Source: Rhynchopus sp. YZ270_cl-10 (lineage: Eukaryota). Taken from it: a stretch of 64,000 nt of DNA. The position numbers were made by a program, and so were the translations under genes. The stretch is from the NCBI GenBank assembly GCA_964035575.1, contig OZ037833.1, forward strand, positions 1,116,001 through 1,180,000, given 5' to 3'. The notes beneath the pieces were generated by a model. That model did not search any database. It had not been told where the DNA came from and saw only the letters and a list, made by a program, of their open reading frames with translations. This document shows, piece after piece, positions 1-10,642 of this stretch (positions within the stretch are counted from its first letter, which is position 1; every line of letters begins with the position of its first letter).

Positions 1-3000
1 CCAGTCCTTCTCCGTCTTCTCATCCGGGTCCACACACTTCTGCCCCACATCCGTGCACACGTTCGTCTGCCCGTTCGGGATTCCGGGAATCGGGTCGCGC
101 AGCGGCCTGCCCCCGTCAGCCGGGACCTGGCCCGCAGACAGACAGAACTGCTTCGACTCCGCAAGGCAGTGCGGCTTGTTCTTGTTGTAGTCGTCCGCCG
201 TGTCCACAAGGCACCACGACGACTTCTCGTGCATCGGGTTGCAGCATCCGTCCGTGCATGGCTCCGTCTGCTTGAACTCGTCGCTCGTCCATCCACACTG
301 GCACAGACACCCGTCCAGCGAGTACCGCGGGGTGTGCTTGCACTGCACAGCGTCCGACCGCTCCACACACTCGTCAAACCCGTCCCGACAATCTGCCACA
401 GTCGTCGTCACCGCAGTCTTTGTGCTTGGCGGCGGGCACTTGCAGAGCCAGTCGTTCAGGTTCGTGTGTGTCGGCTGCGGGTCCTCGCAGAGCTGACCTG
501 CAGCCGTGCACACGTTCCCGTTCCCGTTGTCCTTGTCGGCACACGTCGGGCACTTCACCGCACACTCGTCCAGCGAGCACGACGCCACCGCGTGCTGCGG
601 CGCAGTTCCGTGTGCAGGCGCCACGCAGTGGCACTCCCAGTTTCCGAGCGACGTGATGTCCGTGTCCACACAGACCTGGTGGCTGTCTTCGCACACCTTC
701 TTGATGTCGGCCAGCGTGCACTCGTCCACCTCGCACACGGCCACACCAGCAACCTGTGTCGAGTTCGACGGCGGCGGGCACACACACTCCCACGACGCCG
801 CAGCCTTGTGGTCCACATCCACACACGACTGTCCGGCCCCAACACAGATCTGCTCTCTCGTCCTGCACTCGTCCTCCTCGCAGTCCGCAACAGCCGTCAG
901 TGCCGTCCCCACCTTCGGGTCCACGCAGTGGCACTCCCAGTCGCTCACCGTCGTCAGGCTCTTCTCCACACACGTCTGCCCCTTCTCCTCGCAGAGGTTC
1001 TGCGTCCCCTGTGCCGTGCTCGCACACGTCGGGCACACAGCCTTGCACTCGTCCAGCTCACACACTGCAGGTGCCGTCACCTTCGACCCCGTGTACGGCG
1101 TCCTGCACTTGCACTGCCAGTCCCCAAGTTTCAGGTGTCCCAGGTTCAGGTCCTCGCAGTCCTGTCCCGCGTCCTCGCACTTGTTCGTCGGCGATGAGTC
1201 AGTCTGTGCACACGTCGGGCACACAGCCTTGCACTCGTCAAGCTCGCACACTGCAGGCACGTGCTGTCCGGGTGTTCCGGTTGCTGGCGGAATGCACTCG
1301 CACACAACCTTCTTGTCGAGCGCCGTCCCTGTCGTGCACGACTGCCCCGCAACGTGGCAGATGTCTCCAAACGTCTCACAGTCGCCCGGCGGGTCCTTGC
1401 AGATAGCAGGCTTCCCGTTCACCGGTGCCCCCACAAGCGTCTGCGGCGGCACACACTCGCACTTCCACGAGTCCGGCTTCTCCTTCTCCGGGTCCACACA
1501 CGTCTGTCCCACAGTCTGGCATGTCATACTGTTCAGGCTGCACTCGTCAAACATGCAGTCCTTCGCAGCCGCCCCCACAAGCGACGCCGTGCTCGGTGGC
1601 GGGCACACACACTTCCAGTCATCTGGGTTCTGCTGGTTCGGGTCCACACACGTCTGTCCCGCATCCTCGCACACCTTCTTCGTCGACGCATCCTCACACT
1701 CGTCCACTGGCGGCGCAGGTGTCGGCACAGCGGTCGGTGCAATTGTCGGTGGTGCCGGTGTCTCGGGCACGTCTGTTGGCGGTGCAGGTGTTGGCGGCGC
1801 AGACGTTGCTGGCGGCTGTGTTGGCGGTGCTGCTGTCTCCGGCACAGGTGTCGGTGGCGCAAGCGTTGCTGGTGCCGGCGTCGGCGGCACCGGTGTCAGC
1901 GGGATCAGCGTGCACTCATCCGGGGCGTTTGGTCCGGTCCACGTGCAGAGCGGGTTCGTGTCGCACTTCTCCTCCGTGCACAGGTCGTAGCACACCGACT
2001 TGCTGCATGTGGGGTCCGCCCACACACAGCCGTCGTCACCCTCGCACGCCGCCTGACCCACAAGGTCTGCGCACGTCGCAAGCGTCTTCGCAATGATCTT
2101 CCCAAACGTGCTCGACTTCTCGCACAGCTGGTCCAGCACATCAATCTTCAGGTTGTCCATCTCCACGTTCATGAAGTGCTCGTCACGTGGGTCACTGATC
2201 AGAGGCTTCAGCTTCACCTCTGCGTTCTCGTCCGCAAACGTGTGTGCAGCGTAGCGACGCACAACCACACCGAACACAGTAACATCCTCGTCACGCAGCT
2301 TCTGCTGGCCCTCCAGCAGCGAGTCCTTGAAACGTGGCTGCCAGTTCCTGTCCTTCCCGTACCACTTCCCGCACCCGTTCGAGCACGCGTCACCGTCGTA
2401 GTCCGTCAGTCCTCCGTCCGCAATGATCACAACAACGTGGGTTCTGTACGCCGGGCTCTGTGTATCAAGGAAGGTGTGGTCTGCCACGTCGTTCAGTGCG
2501 TCGTGCAGGTACGTCCAGCGCGACTGGTAGTTTGCCTCGTGCCAGTCCAGGTCTCCAAACAACTCCTCGCGCATACCGGAGAGCAGACCGTCCGTGCAGG
2601 CACCGATGGCGCAGCCTGACGGGTGGTCCTCGTCCGGGCGTGCGTCTGCCTTCGAGAACTGGATGAAGGTCACACGCATTCCGGGTGTGTTCTGCGGGAT
2701 GGTTGCGCCCACAGTGTGGTCGGTGCCCGTCAGCGGCACAGTCTTGACCCAGTCACGCATCATCTCAATCATCCCGTAGAAGCCGTGTGCGTGTGCACCA
2801 AACCTGCGCTGCATCGAACCAGACCCGTCAATGAGGAAGGCAATGTCCATGTCCGGGCACGCGTCAAAGTGTGGCGACGTGCACGCAGACTGCGCACCGG
2901 CGTGGTGCCAGGCACAGTCGGGGTCCTCCTGGCAGTCGCACCGTGCTCCGTGCTTCTCACATGTCTTCGGCACACACACGTTGGCGGCGTTGAACATGCA

Positions 3001-6000
3001 CTTCGCATCGGCGTCACACGGCATCTGTGTGTCCCACTTCGCACACTCCGTCTTCTTGCACTTCTCTGGCACCGTCGACGTGTCCATGTGGCACTTCGGG
3101 TTCGCGTCGCACTCCTTCTCGTCGGGAAGCTTCACACACTCATCCTCGATGCACACACCGTTGTTCCACTCACACACGTCGTCTGCGAGACACAGGTCCT
3201 GGGTCGTGTGCACACACTCCTTCGGCTTGCACCAGGAAATCAGTGTCGACGGCGGGCCGGTCGGAAGCGGCACGGTAGATGGCGGGTTCCACTCACACTC
3301 GTCGTCCTTCTCACACCTGTCCTGGGAGTCGTGCAGACACTTCTGCACTTCGCACAGGTCCCCGGTCTTGTCAAACAGACACACGTCCAGGTCGCAGTAG
3401 TCTGGGTTGCCTGCAGGCGGTGTGCACGGGTTCGGCACAGTCGCGAGGACGTCGTGGCACTTGTCCTCGTCTGTCGGGTCCACACACGGGTTGTCGACAC
3501 AGGTGTCCTTCCCCCACACAACGTCCCACAGGCAGTTCTTGTCGTCCTTGCAGTCTGCCACGTTCTTCTCCTCGCATGTCTCCTTCTCCGTACAGATCTT
3601 GTTCGTGGGGTCGAACTGGCACTTCGGGTTCTTTGTGCAGTCAGTCTCCTCGCAGTTTGCGTAACACTCAGAGTCCTCACACACCGCCGTCGCCCCCCAC
3701 GCACACGCCTTGTCAAGCTTGCAGTCCTGCTCGTTCATGAACTGCGGGCAGCCGGTCGCCCGTCCCAGAGCCTGCCCAAACTTCGATGTGTCGTCGCACA
3801 GCTTCATCAGCACCGTCTCCTTCAGCTCGTCCAGCATCACGTTCATGAAGTGGTCGCTCGTCGGCGCAGTCACAAGCGGCGACAGCTTCGCCTCTGCGTT
3901 GTCGTCCTGGAAGGTGTGCTGCGAGAACCGGCGGATCACCACTCCAAGCACCATGACATCCTCAGAACGCAGGTCTCCCTGCGCCTTGTCCAGCATCGCC
4001 GGGTACGTCGACTTGAAGGCTCTGTCCACGCACCACGGGTGTCCACACGCCCACGGGCAGCACGCGTCACCGTCGTAGTCGGTCAGCCCTCCGTCAGCAA
4101 TGATAACCACTGCGTGCTCTCTCCACGACGGGCTCTGCGATGCAGAGAACGTGTTGTCTGCCACGTCCTGCAGGGCTGCGTGCAGGTATGTCCAGCGCGA
4201 CTGGTAGTTGTCCTCGTGCCAGGTGATGTCTCCGTTCAGCTCGTCTCTGCGTCCGGACAGGTGTCCGTCCGTGCAGGCACCAACCGCACAGCCTGTCGGG
4301 TGGTCATCTGCGGGTGTTGCGTCTGCCATCGAGAACTGGATGAAGGTCACACGGAACCCCTTCCCCTTCGAGTCGATCATTGCACCCATCGTGTGGTCGT
4401 CTCCCGTCAGCGGCACGTCCTTGACCCAGTCACGCAGGATCTCAAGCATCCCGTAGAACCCGTGTGCGTGCGACCCGAAGGAACGCGACATCGAACCAGA
4501 CCCGTCCAGCACAAAGGCAATGTCCAGGTCCGGGCACGTGTCGTACGCAGTCGCAACACACTGCGCACTTCCCTGTCCGTGGTGCCACTTGCAGTCTGGG
4601 TCCTTCTCGCAGTCACACTTGAAGTCGTGCTTCTCGCACGTCTTCGGCACACACTGGTCCTTACCGAACACGTTCGCCCACATGCAGTTGTCGTCCGCCT
4701 CGCACTGCATCGTGTTGTCGTGCACCGCGCACTCGTGCTCCACGCACACCTGCGGGTCCTGCGTCGCAACCCAGCCACATGTCCCGTCCTGGTCGCAGTC
4801 CTTCTCGTTCTTGTGCTGCGCACAGGGTGTCTCCACACACTTGTCAGTGTCCCACTTGCACAGCGGGTCTGCGTCACACTTGGCCTGGTCCGTCGTCGTG
4901 CACAGCTTCTCGTCACAGTATCCAACCTTCGTCGAAGTCGGTGGGTTCGTCGGAAGCGGGTTCGCCGGCACCCACTCACAGTCGGTGTTCGTCGTGCAGC
5001 GTCCGTCCTCGTCCTCAAGACACTTCTTCACCTCGCAGACGTCACCTGTCGTAACGTGGCACACATCCAGCTTGCAGAAGTCCGGGTCGCCAGTCGGCGG
5101 TGTGCACGGGTCCACAGTCGCACCCACTGCAGCACAGTCGTCCTTTGCCACGTCGACACACGGGTTGTCCACGCAGTTGTCTCCCTTCTTCCACACAGCG
5201 TCCCACAGACACTTCGGGTCGTTCTTGCAGGCCGTCGAGTCAGTGTGCTTCACACACCCGGGGTCCTCCTCGCACTGGCCGTTGTTCCACGCACACGCCG
5301 GGTTCGTCAGACACGTCTGCTCGTCGCAGTGTGGGTAGCACTCAGAGTTCTTGCACACAGTGGTGTCCCACACACAGGCCTTGTCAGCCGTGCACTCGGT
5401 CTCCGCAAGGTTCCCAACGCAGTCAGGCTCCTTCGTCACAAGCACCTTTCCAAACACGCTGTCGGGGTCGCACAGCTTCAGCAGCATCTCGTCCTGGATC
5501 TCGTCAAGCATCAGGTTCATGAAGTGCTCGCTCGTCGGCTCCGTCACAAGCGGTGTCAGCTTCGCCTCTGCGTTGTCGTCCTGGAAGGTGTGCTGCGAGA
5601 ACCGGCGCATCACAACACCGAACACCTGCACGTCCTCGTCACGCAGGTCCTGCTGCGCCGTCACAAGCATCCCCTTGTACTCGTCTCTGTGACGAGGGTC
5701 AATGCAACGTCTGTCTCCACACGCCCACGGGCAGCACGCGTCACCGTCGTTGTCTGTGATACCTCCGTCAGCAATGATGATCACCACGTGCTCTCTCCAC
5801 GACGGGCTCTGCGACGCGGTGAACGTGTTGTCCGCCACGTCCTGCAGGGCTGCGTGCAGGTATGTCCACTGCGACTGGTAGTTGTCCTCGTGCCAGGTGA
5901 TGTCTCCGTTCAGCTCGTCTCTGCGTCCGGACAGGTGTCCCGCCGTGCAGGCACCAACCGCACAGTTCGTTGGGTGGTCCTCTGCGGGTGTTGCGTCTGC

Positions 6001-8682
6001 CTTCGAGAACTGGATGAAGGTGATACGGAACCCAGCGTCCTTCGAGACAATGTTTGCACCCATCGTGTGGTCGTCTCCCGTCAGCGGCACGTCCTTGATC
6101 CAGTCACGCATGATCTCAAGCAGACCGTAGAACCCGTGTGCGTGGTTTCCGAAGGAACGCGACATCGAACCAGACCCGTCCAGCACAAAGGCAATGTCCA
6201 GGTCCGGGCAGGTGCTGTAACGCGGCACGCTGCAGTACGACCCACCAGGCCCGTGGTGCCAGGCACAGTCGGTATCCTTTTCACAGTCGCACTTCGTCGT
6301 GTAGTGGTCGCAGTTCTTCGGCACACACGTGTCCGTGTCCGTCCACATGCACTTGTCGGGGGACCCGGTGCACGTCGCAGTGTCTGTGAGCAGCTGGCAC
6401 GGCTCCTCCTTGCACCCCTGTGGGTCCAGTGTCAGGTCCCAGTGGCACTTCGGGTTCTGGTCGCAGTCCTTCTCGTTCCTGTTCTTTGCACACTCCGACG
6501 TCACACACTTGTCAGTGTCCCACTTGCACAGCGGGTCTGCGTCACACTTGGCCTGGTCCGTCGTCGTGCAGATCTTCTCGTCACAGTAGCCAACCAGCGT
6601 CGACGGTGTCGTTGTTGCCGGTGACCCAGCAGGCTTCACCCACTCACAGTCGGTGTTCGTCGTGCAGCGTCCGTCCTCGTCCTCAAGACACTTCTTCACC
6701 TCGCACTTGTTCGTCGCCGCATCGTATGCGCATGTCTCCAGGTCGCACTTGTCGGGGTTCGCCGGGTCTGCTGTGCACGTCTGCACCGGCTCCACGTGAC
6801 CGTTGCACGCCGTCGACCCGTCAACCTTGATACACGGGTTGTCCACGCAGTTGTCCCCCTTGTTCCACACAGTGTCCCACAGACAGGTCGGGTCGTTCTT
6901 GCACTCCGTCTGCGACAGGGCCGTGCAGCCTGGCGGCTTCGGGTCACACCGTCCGTCAGCAGCAGTCCACTGGCACGCGTCGTTCGCAATGCAGTTCTGC
7001 TCATCGCACAGAGGGAAGCACACAGACTCCGTGCACGACCCCAGGGCCACGTCGTACACGCAGTACGACGTCGACTCGCAGTCCGCCTGCGCCTTCGCCA
7101 GACATGCGCTTGTCACAGCAGGCTTCGAGAGAGTCTTTCCAAACACGCTGTTCGGGTCGCACAGCTTCAGCAGCATCTCGTCCTGGATCTCGTCAAGCAT
7201 CAGGTTCATGAAGTGCTCGCTCGTCGGCTCCGTCACAAGCGGTGTCAGCTTCGCCTCTGCGTTGTCGTCCTGGAAGGTGTGCTGCGAGAATCGGCGCATC
7301 ACAACACCGAACACCTGCACGTTCTCAGAACGCAGGTCCTCCTGCGCCTTCACCAGTGCTGCAGGGTACGTCGACCGCCAGTTCCTGTCAATGCACCACG
7401 GGTGTCCACACGCCCACGGGCAGCACGCGTCACCGTCGTTGTCTGTGATACCTCCGTCAGCAATGATGATCACCACGTGGTCTCTCCAGTCGGGGCTCTG
7501 CGATGAGGTGAACGTGTTGTCCGCCACGTCCTGCAGGGCCTCGTGCATGTACGTCCACTGCGACTGGTAGTTGTCCTCGTGCCAGTCGATGTCTCCGTTC
7601 AGCTCGTCTCTGCGTCCGGACAGGTGTCCCGCCGTGCAGGCACCAATGGCACAGTTCGTTGGGTGGTCCTCATCGGGTCTTGCGTCTGCCTTCGAGAACT
7701 GGATGAAGGTGATACGGAACCCCTTCCCCTTCGAGTCGATGTTTGCACCCATCGTGTGGTCGTCCCCCGTCAGCGGCACAGTCATCATCCAGTCACGCAT
7801 GATCTCAAGCAGACCGTAGAACCCGTGTGCGTGGTTTCCGAAGGAACGCGACATCGAACCAGACCCGTCCAGCACAAAGGCGATATCCAGGTCCGGGCAT
7901 GCGTCGTACAGAGGGTCCACACAGTAGCTCCCCGAGGTTCCGATGTGCCACTTGCAGTCCGGGTCGTCGCTACACGCACACCTGTCCGCCGTCGGCAGGT
8001 TGTGCTTGTCGCACGTCTTCGGCACACAAACCTTGTCAACGTCGTTCCACATGCACGCGTTGTCCGACGTACAGGCAACCGAGTTTGTTGTCGGTGAGCA
8101 CGCTGTCGTCTTGCAGAACCCTGCCGCGTTGTCGTAGTGGCAGCTCAGGTCGTGGTCGCAGTCCTTCTCGTCAGCGTGGTTCGCACAGTCCGTCATCCCA
8201 CAGGACCCGCTTTTCCACGCACACCCGTTCTGCCCCTCGCACGCCGTCTGCGACCCCTGTCCCACACAGTGGTCCTCCACACAGTAGACCATCTGCTCCG
8301 ACGGGCGCTTGTTCGACACGTCCGTTGTCGTCTCCCACTTGCAGCTCCCTCCACACGTCCCCTGCGAGAAGAACAGGCAGTTCTTCACGTGGCACCGTGG
8401 GGACAGCGCCAAGTCGTACTGGCACACCTCCACCTTGCAGAAGTCTGGGTCCCCAGCTGGCGCCTGGCACGTCGCCACCGGCATCTCCACAGACGTCGCC
8501 CCACAGTCCGACGAACCCACCTGTGCCCTGCACGGATCCTCCGTGCACAGATCAGGATACCACACAGGGTTCCACAGACACGCCGCGTCAGCACCGCACG
8601 CCGTCGCGTCGTTCCCATAGTCCGTGCATGCTGCGTGGCCTGCCACAGCCACAGACAGCAGCACTACCTGCCGCATCGCCAT
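1..8682 (-). CDS. Giant secreted/surface cysteine-rich protein with four vWA domains, a Pro/Thr-rich linker and EGF-like Cys repeats; 3' end outside the window (>=2,894 aa)
   Basis: ATG at 8682 gives MAMRQVVLLSVAVAGHAAC (signal-peptide-like). The frame matches codons at position 1 (QKCVDPDEKTEKDW). No stop within the window would explain its absence from the ORF track; I did not check every codon. Four repeats of CPDxDIAFxxDGSGSM (MIDAS DxSxS) start near 7900, 6210, 4540 and 2860. P/T-rich segment ~1700-1900; DEC...CVDP...DWxCxC repeats in 1-1700. Confidence 0.85.
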   Translation of the reverse strand, partial: MAMRQVVLLSVAVAGHAACTDYGNDATACGADAACLWNPVWYPDLCTEDPCRAQVGSSDCGATSVEMPVATCQAPAGDPDFCKVEVCQYDLALSPRCHVKNCLFFSQGTCGGSCKWETTTDVSNKRPSEQMVYCVEDHCVGQGSQTACEGQNGCAWKSGSCGMTDCANHADEKDCDHDLSCHYDNAAGFCKTTACSPTTNSVACTSDNACMWNDVDKVCVPKTCDKHNLPTADRCACSDDPDCKWHIGTSGSYCVDPLYDACPDLDIAFVLDGSGSMSRSFGNHAHGFYGLLEIMRDWMMTVPLTGDDHTMGANIDSKGKGFRITFIQFSKADARPDEDHPTNCAIGACTAGHLSGRRDELNGDIDWHEDNYQSQWTYMHEALQDVADNTFTSSQSPDWRDHVVIIIADGGITDNDGDACCPWACGHPWCIDRNWRSTYPAALVKAQEDLRSENVQVFGVVMRRFSQHTFQDDNAEAKLTPLVTEPTSEHFMNLMLDEIQDEMLLKLCDPNSVFGKTLSKPAVTSACLAKAQADCESTSYCVYDVALGSCTESVCFPLCDEQNCIANDACQWTAADGRCDPKPPGCTALSQTECKNDPTCLWDTVWNKGDNCVDNPCIKVDGSTACNGHVEPVQTCTADPANPDKCDLETCAYDAATNKCEVKKCLEDEDGRCTTNTDCEWVKPAGSPATTTPSTLVGYCDEKICTTTDQAKCDADPLCKWDTDKCVTSECAKNRNEKDCDQNPKCHWDLTLDPQGCKEEPCQLLTDTATCTGSPDKCMWTDTDTCVPKNCDHYTTKCDCEKDTDCAWHHGPGGSYCSVPRYSTCPDLDIAFVLDGSGSMSRSFGNHAHGFYGLLEIMRDWIKDVPLTGDDHTMGANIVSKDAGFRITFIQFSKADATPAEDHPTNCAVGACTAGHLSGRRDELNGDITWHEDNYQSQWTYLHAALQDVADNTFTASQSPSWREHVVIIIADGGITDNDGDACCPWACGDRRCIDPRHRDEYKGMLVTAQQDLRDEDVQVFGVVMRRFSQHTFQDDNAEAKLTPLVTEPTSEHFMNLMLDEIQDEMLLKLCDPDSVFGKVLVTKEPDCVGNLAETECTADKACVWDTTVCKNSECYPHCDEQTCLTNPACAWNNGQCEEDPGCVKHTDSTACKNDPKCLWDAVWKKGDNCVDNPCVDVAKDDCAAVGATVDPCTPPTGDPDFCKLDVCHVTTGDVCEVKKCLEDEDGRCTTNTDCEWVPANPLPTNPPTSTKVGYCDEKLCTTTDQAKCDADPLCKWDTDKCVETPCAQHKNEKDCDQDGTCGWVATQDPQVCVEHECAVHDNTMQCEADDNCMWANVFGKDQCVPKTCEKHDFKCDCEKDPDCKWHHGQGSAQCVATAYDTCPDLDIAFVLDGSGSMSRSFGSHAHGFYGMLEILRDWVKDVPLTGDDHTMGAMIDSKGKGFRVTFIQFSMADATPADDHPTGCAVGACTDGHLSGRRDELNGDITWHEDNYQSRWTYLHAALQDVADNTFSASQSPSWREHAVVIIADGGLTDYDGDACCPWACGHPWCVDRAFKSTYPAMLDKAQGDLRSEDVMVLGVVIRRFSQHTFQDDNAEAKLSPLVTAPTSDHFMNVMLDELKETVLMKLCDDTSKFGQALGRATGCPQFMNEQDCKLDKACAWGATAVCEDSECYANCEETDCTKNPKCQFDPTNKICTEKETCEEKNVADCKDDKNCLWDVVWGKDTCVDNPCVDPTDEDKCHDVLATVPNPCTPPAGNPDYCDLDVCLFDKTGDLCEVQKCLHDSQDRCEKDDECEWNPPSTVPLPTGPPSTLISWCKPKECVHTTQDLCLADDVCEWNNGVCIEDECVKLPDEKECDANPKCHMDTSTVPEKCKKTECAKWDTQMPCDADAKCMFNAANVCVPKTCEKHGARCDCQEDPDCAWHHAGAQSACTSPHFDACPDMDIAFLIDGSGSMQRRFGAHAHGFYGMIEMMRDWVKTVPLTGTDHTVGATIPQNTPGMRVTFIQFSKADARPDEDHPSGCAIGACTDGLLSGMREELFGDLDWHEANYQSRWTYLHDALNDVADHTFLDTQSPAYRTHVVVIIADGGLTDYDGDACSNGCGKWYGKDRNWQPRFKDSLLEGQQKLRDEDVTVFGVVVRRYAAHTFADENAEVKLKPLISDPRDEHFMNVEMDNLKIDVLDQLCEKSSTFGKIIAKTLATCADLVGQAACEGDDGCVWADPTCSKSVCYDLCTEEKCDTNPLCTWTGPNAPDECTLIPLTPVPPTPAPATLAPPTPVPETAAPPTQPPATSAPPTPAPPTDVPETPAPPTIAPTAVPTPAPPVDECEDASTKKVCEDAGQTCVDPNQQNPDDWKCVCPPPSTASLVGAAAKDCMFDECSLNSMTCQTVGQTCVDPEKEKPDSWKCECVPPQTLVGAPVNGKPAICKDPPGDCETFGDICHVAGQSCTTGTALDKKVVCECIPPATGTPGQHVPAVCELDECKAVCPTCAQTDSSPTNKCEDAGQDCEDLNLGHLKLGDWQCKCRTPYTGSKVTAPAVCELDECKAVCPTCASTAQGTQNLCEEKGQTCVEKSLTTVSDWECHCVDPKVGTALTAVADCEEDECRTREQICVGAGQSCVDVDHKAAASWECVCPPPSNSTQVAGVAVCEVDECTLADIKKVCEDSHQVCVDTDITSLGNWECHCVAPAHGTAPQHAVASCSLDECAVKCPTCADKDNGNGNVCTAAGQLCEDPQPTHTNLNDWLCKCPPPSTKTAVTTTVADCRDGFDECVERSDAVQCKHTPRYSLDGCLCQCGWTSDEFKQTEPCTDGCCNPMHEKSSWCLVDTADDYNKNKPHCLAESKQFCLSAGQVPADGGRPLRDPIPGIPNGQTNVCTDVGQKCVDPDEKTEKDW

Positions 8683-9101
8683 CTTCTCTCACGAGCTCCT
8701 GTGTCTACCCTTCAGGGCCAGGCACCGGCTCTCACTTCTGTTTGCTTCTTTTTCTCTTTTCAAACGATACTCTCTTGGTGTTCTCTGGTGTGTGGTGATG
8801 TGGGTGTGAATGGGCGATGGGGTACAGTTACTAAAACAACCGGAGTACATTATTGTTGGAGTTAGATATGACCTTCATGTCACAGTTGTGAAGAGGGGCA
8901 AACGTGGAGGGACAGAGAACGAACGTACCATAACATAAAAGCATTGCAACAGAATTTAGGGGGTCCAGGAAACGGGCACGGCAACCCACATCGCAAGACA
9001 GAGGCAACACTGTCGCAGTGCAGATACCTGGTTAGGATGTCCGTACTTGCTCCCCAGTGGCCAGTCGACGGTGCAGTGATGTGCTCGATGACTGCATCGA
9101 G

Positions 9102-9140
<39 letters not shown>

Positions 9141-9450
9141 GAAACGTACGCAAGAGGAGAGACATCTGAAGTACACATCACCCATACTGCTTGCAGATGA
9201 CTCACAATGAGTTGAGACGTCAGCTGGCGTATCTTGGGAAATAAACGTAAAAGACGTGTGAAATGAGTGCCTCTCCTCCGTGCACCAACACATCTTTACC
9301 ACGTCGTGTGGAGAACGTAGTGGGCTTTGAAACGTGGCTGTCCATTGTTGCGGAAACAGTCACAAAAAAAAAGGGGGGGAAGGGGGGGAAAATGTTGCGA
9401 AGGATTCCTGTAACACACTTTGCGTTGTGTCGGGGGGGGGGGGGGGGGGG

Positions 9451-10642
9451 TAGGGGGTACGACTCCAGCCATTTTTTGCGCACGGAAAATTCATTTGGCA
9501 TTATCTGGTCATCTCCAAGGCAACTGCGGGTGAAAAACACCCTCAGAGTGGGTCACAGGGGGCCTGTGGGTCGAAAAACGACCCAGAAGCCACCCCAGAA
9601 TACAAAAAAATGGAAAAAAATAGTGAAAAAACGGCTTTTTTCACGTTTTGGCCACTTTGGGCAAAATAGCGATTTTTCGAGAAAAAAATCAAAAACCGGG
9701 ATATTTTTTGACATCACAAAGCCTCCTTTGGCACAAATATACCCCAAAAGTGGCCTGTGAGTCCATTCCAACCTGTTTTGGACATATTTGACACTTTTGG
9801 AAGTGTTTTTTTGGTGGTTTTAGGTCAAAAAAATGCCCAAGACGTCCCCAAGACATCCCCAAGACACTTTGCACACCCCCTGTTACGGTCATATTTTTTT
9901 CGTTTTTTTGCCTGAAACCCCCAAAATACCCCTCCCGGACCCCACATAGTCCCGAATATCCATCACACACCCACTCAGAGTGAGTAGAAGCACCCCAAAA
10001 AAAATATTTTTTAAAGCCCTAAAATTGTGCTTCAGTTTCGGCAGCATCCATGTTGAAGTTGAAGGGCTTTAAAAAATATTTTTTTTGGGGTGCTTCTACT
10101 CACTCTGAGTGGGTGTGTGATGGATATTCGGGACTATGTGGGGTCCGGGAGGGGTATTTTGGGGGTTTCAGGCAAAAAAACGAAAAAAATATGACCGTAA
10201 CAGGGGGTGTGCAAAGTGTCTTGGGGATGTCTTGGGGACGTCTTGGGCATTTTTTTGACCTAAAAACACCAAAAAAACACTTCCAAAAGTGTCAAATATG
10301 TCCAAAACAGGTTGGAATGGACTCACAGGCCACTTTTGGGGTATATTTGTGCCAAAGGAGGCTTTGTGATGTCAAAAAATATCCCGGTTTTTGATTTTTT
10401 TCTCGAAAAATCGCTATTTTGCCCAAAGTGGCCAAAACGTGAAAAAAGCCGTTTTTTCACTATTTTTTTCCATTTTTTTGTATTCTGGGGTGGCTTCTGG
10501 GTCGTTTTTCGACCCACAGGCCCCCTGTGACCCACTCTGAGGGTGTTTTTCACCCGCAGTTGCCTTGGAGATGGCCAGATAATGCCAAATGAATTTTCCG
10601 TGCGTTTGGTCCCAGCCAAAATGGCTGGAGTCGTATCCCCTA
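9451..10642. mobile_element. Foldback/long-TIR non-autonomous element (near-perfect 1.2-kb palindrome)
   Basis: 9451-10020 is the reverse complement of 10063-10642 apart from a few substitutions and a small indel near the outer end. Spacer 10021-10062 (42 bp). Ends TAGGGGGTACGACTCCAGCCATT / AATGGCTGGAGTCGTATCCCCTA, with poly-G on both flanks. Confidence 0.85.

Noticed and set aside
169..8865. Long plus-strand ORFs (e.g. 2623-6624, 1333 aa)
   Set aside because: Antisense shadows of the codon-biased minus-strand vWA gene; no motifs.
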